Made by a program: the position numbers and the translations under genes. The notes under the pieces were generated by a model. The model saw nothing but the letters and a program-made list of their open reading frames with translations. It was not told where the DNA came from and ran no database searches. This document shows, piece by piece, positions 61,615-64,000 of a stretch of DNA of 64,000 bases. How positions within the stretch are numbered: position 1 is the stretch's first letter; every line of letters begins with the position of its first letter. Origin of the DNA: Candidatus Cloacimonadota bacterium. Its GTDB lineage: Bacteria > Cloacimonadota > Cloacimonadia > JGIOTU-2. The stretch lies in assembly GCA_049903315.1 (NCBI GenBank), contig JBNGBT010000003.1, positions 160,001 to 224,000 on the forward strand, written 5' to 3'.

Positions 61615-64000
61615 TGAAGTCCACCTTCATATTTTCTATGAAATGTCCATTATTTTGTAAATATCTGTAAAGATTTTTATGTGGAAATATTTTATACCGC
61701 TGCGATTCGATCCTGAGTGTACCGAAAAGTTTTGTGCGGACATTGAACACGACCCTGAAATTACCGGGATGGGTGAGTATCTGTTCTTCAATAAAATGGT
61801 TCAAATCCTTCTCAGAGTATTGCGTTTCATCTATTTCAAAAGATATGTTGCCGGAAATGTCTTTTTGCCAGTTTTCTTCGAGAATGATCTGATCAGCAAC
61901 GATTGAAAGATGATCCTTGTTTTCTCTGAGCTTTGATGAAAGTTTGCCAATGACATAAATAATATCTTTTTCTTTTATCAAGTCACCGAACTTTGTATAC
62001 TCATTAGAGAAAAGCACCACTTCAAATTTATCATGCAGGTCTTCACAGGACACAAAGGCCATGGTTCTTTTCTTTTTATCTTTAATCAATTTCACTTCGT
62101 CCACTATACCGATCATCCTAACATCCTGGTTGCGTAGTTCATCACGCTTGCCGTTTTTCATACATTTCTTATACTGCAGAGTATTTAGATTTGTAAGTGT
62201 TTTAATATCTTTCTCATAAGAAGTGAGGGGATGACCGGAAATGTAAAAACCCAGAAGTTCTTTTTCCATATCAAGACGCCTGCCGAATTCCCATTCTTTT
62301 TTATCAGGAAGGGGAGGGTAGAGATCCTGATCATTTGCCTGCAGAGATGCAAAAAGAGAAGATTGTCCTTTCTGGCGTTCCCGCAGTTTTTGAGAGCCGA
62401 ATTCGAGTGCGGTTTCTACTACTGCATAAAGTTGAGTTCTCGTGCCGTCAAGATCATCAAGTGCTCCTGCTCCTATAAGACTCTCCAGCGCAGTTTTATT
62501 GAGTTGATTTGCATCTACTTTTTCGCACAACTCAAAAATATTTTTAAAGATAGGATGATTTTTTCGAGCCTCAATAATTGCACGGATTGCATTTTCTCCC
62601 AAACTCTTTATCGCTTTCAGTCCGAAAATAATTTTCCCGTCTCTGACCGTGAAATTGTAATCGCTGAAATTCACATTCGGATGAAGCACTTCTATGTTCA
62701 TCTTATGGCATACTTCTATGTTCCGGGCTATCTTTGCAGCATCATTTTCTACAGTCATCAACGCAGCCATGAATTCTGCAGTGTAGTGGCATTTCAGGTA
62801 TGCGGTCTGGTATGCAATCATGCTATATGCTACACTGTGAGATTTGTTAAATCCATACCTGCCGAATGTTTCAATACGCTCAAATATCTGGATAGCTTTT
62901 TCCCTGGATATACCTTTTTTTACAGCCCCTTCGATGAAAATAGGGCGGTATTTATCCATGAGCGATTTGTCTTTTTTGCCCATGGCTTTTCGCAGGATAT
63001 CAGCTTCACTCAAAGAAAATCCTGCCAAGACATTCACGATTTGTATTACCTGCTCCTGAAAGACGATCACCCCGTATGTTGAGCGCAGAATATCTTCAAG
63101 CATTGGGTCGAGATAATCGACCTTTTCCTCATTGTTTTTTCTGCGTATATAGACTTCGTGCATACCGCTGTCGAGCGTACCAGGACGGTATAAAGCATTG
63201 CAGATGGCAAGGTCTTCGATAGAACTCGGCTTTATGCGTTTGAGTATTCCTCTCATTCCTGAACTTTCAAATTGGAAGACACCATCTGTTTCTGCTGTAT
63301 GGAAGAGCTTGTAGGTCTCTGTGTCATGCAGGTTTATCTCGTCAATGTTGAGCTCAATGCCATGATGCTTCTTGATAAGCTGAAGCGCTTTTTCTATGAT
63401 GGTCAGGTTTTTTAATCCGAGACAATCGATTTTCAATAAACCAAGTTTTTCAAGGCATTTTCCGTCATACTGAGTAATGATGGTTTTGTCTTTCGGGCTA
63501 ATTGCAAGGGGAATATGGTTGGTGAGAGTATCCGGTGCGATCACTACACCTGCTGCATGCACACCCAGATGCCTGGGCAATCCCTCAAGAGTTTTGGAAT
63601 ATTCCCAAAGTTCTTTATATTCATCTTTACTATTTATCAACTCACGTAACTTTTCATTTTGATCATAAGAACTTTCAAGGTATACATCGGGACCTGTTGG
63701 GATCATTTTTGCAATTGCATCAACTTCATAGAGAGGAATGCTCATAGTCCGACCAACATCTCTGACAACCATCTTTGCTCCAAGACTTCCAAGGGTACCG
63801 ATCTGGCTGATATTATCCTGTCCATATTTTTTCAGGATATATTCGAGCACTTTTGGGCGTGTTTCATTGGAAAAATCCGTATCGATATCAGGCATACTCA
63901 CTCGTGCTGGATTGAGAAATCGTTCAAAGAAAAGATTGTACCTGATTGGATCGATCTTGGTAATGTCAATGAGGTATGCGACTATACTTCCGGCGGCAGA
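61604..64000 (-). CDS. dnaE: DNA polymerase III alpha subunit (5' part beyond window)
   Basis: Frame open to window edge (SAAGS.VAY...FERFLNP.R.SMPDID), HAAGVVI, GVFQFES, YGFNKSHS, E.ELLG.Y.SGHP, OB domain. Confidence 0.95.
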   Translation of the reverse strand, partial: SAAGSIVAYLIDITKIDPIRYNLFFERFLNPARVSMPDIDTDFSNETRPKVLEYILKKYGQDNISQIGTLGSLGAKMVVRDVGRTMSIPLYEVDAIAKMIPTGPDVYLESSYDQNEKLRELINSKDEYKELWEYSKTLEGLPRHLGVHAAGVVIAPDTLTNHIPLAISPKDKTIITQYDGKCLEKLGLLKIDCLGLKNLTIIEKALQLIKKHHGIELNIDEINLHDTETYKLFHTAETDGVFQFESSGMRGILKRIKPSSIEDLAICNALYRPGTLDSGMHEVYIRRKNNEEKVDYLDPMLEDILRSTYGVIVFQEQVIQIVNVLAGFSLSEADILRKAMGKKDKSLMDKYRPIFIEGAVKKGISREKAIQIFERIETFGRYGFNKSHSVAYSMIAYQTAYLKCHYTAEFMAALMTVENDAAKIARNIEVCHKMNIEVLHPNVNFSDYNFTVRDGKIIFGLKAIKSLGENAIRAIIEARKNHPIFKNIFELCEKVDANQLNKTALESLIGAGALDDLDGTRTQLYAVVETALEFGSQKLRERQKGQSSLFASLQANDQDLYPPLPDKKEWEFGRRLDMEKELLGFYISGHPLTSYEKDIKTLTNLNTLQYKKCMKNGKRDELRNQDVRMIGIVDEVKLIKDKKKRTMAFVSCEDLHDKFEVVLFSNEYTKFGDLIKEKDIIYVIGKLSSKLRENKDHLSIVADQIILEENWQKDISGNISFEIDETQYSEKDLNHFIEEQILTHPGNFRVVFNVRTKLFGTLRIESQRYKIFPHKNLYRYLQNNGHFIENMKVDFNEK

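Noticed and set aside
62231..63082. 283-aa plus-strand ORF (and similar antisense ORFs at 3551-4147, 5794-6360, 41605-42201, 56840-57370)
   Set aside because: Antisense shadows of well-supported genes, with no recognisable motifs
61604..64000. Possible intein or split dnaE, since the ORF track starts at 63901
   Set aside because: The frame is open to the window edge and motifs are colinear with normal DnaE; the apparent start is a window-truncation artefact

Overview
AT-rich bacterial chromosomal segment, mostly minus-strand genes. The FlgD-Ig-tailed secreted proteins, GWxTD protein, DUF6754 operon and GGPPS-DGGGPS-GGGPS ether-lipid operon suggest an anaerobic FCB-group organism such as Cloacimonadota (inference, not verified). 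Main blocks: (1) two partner-switching modules (SpoIIE PP2C phosphatases, RsbW, STAS) interleaved with solute-binding proteins that have no transporter; (2) an aconitase-aclB-aclA-monomeric IDH operon preceded by an unannotated 51-aa ORF; (3) a PPDK-derived protein that keeps the ATP-grasp and phospho-His domains but replaces the pyruvate barrel; (4) a signalling operon with stand-alone Cache proteins, a REC-PAS-GAF-GGDEF cyclase, an NCS2 permease fused to a degenerate RsbW-like domain and a HisKA_2 kinase; (5) DEAD helicase, dhaKL, MoxR; (6) an uncharacterised four-gene DUF6754 membrane operon with apparent paralogous subunits of opposite topology; (7) a secreted FG-GAP/cohesin/dockerin protein; (8) the archaeal-type ether-lipid operon; (9) priA, yraN, GWxTD protein and partial dnaE. 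No rRNA, tRNA, CRISPR array or transposase was seen. All family calls come from motif recognition by eye, not database searches.
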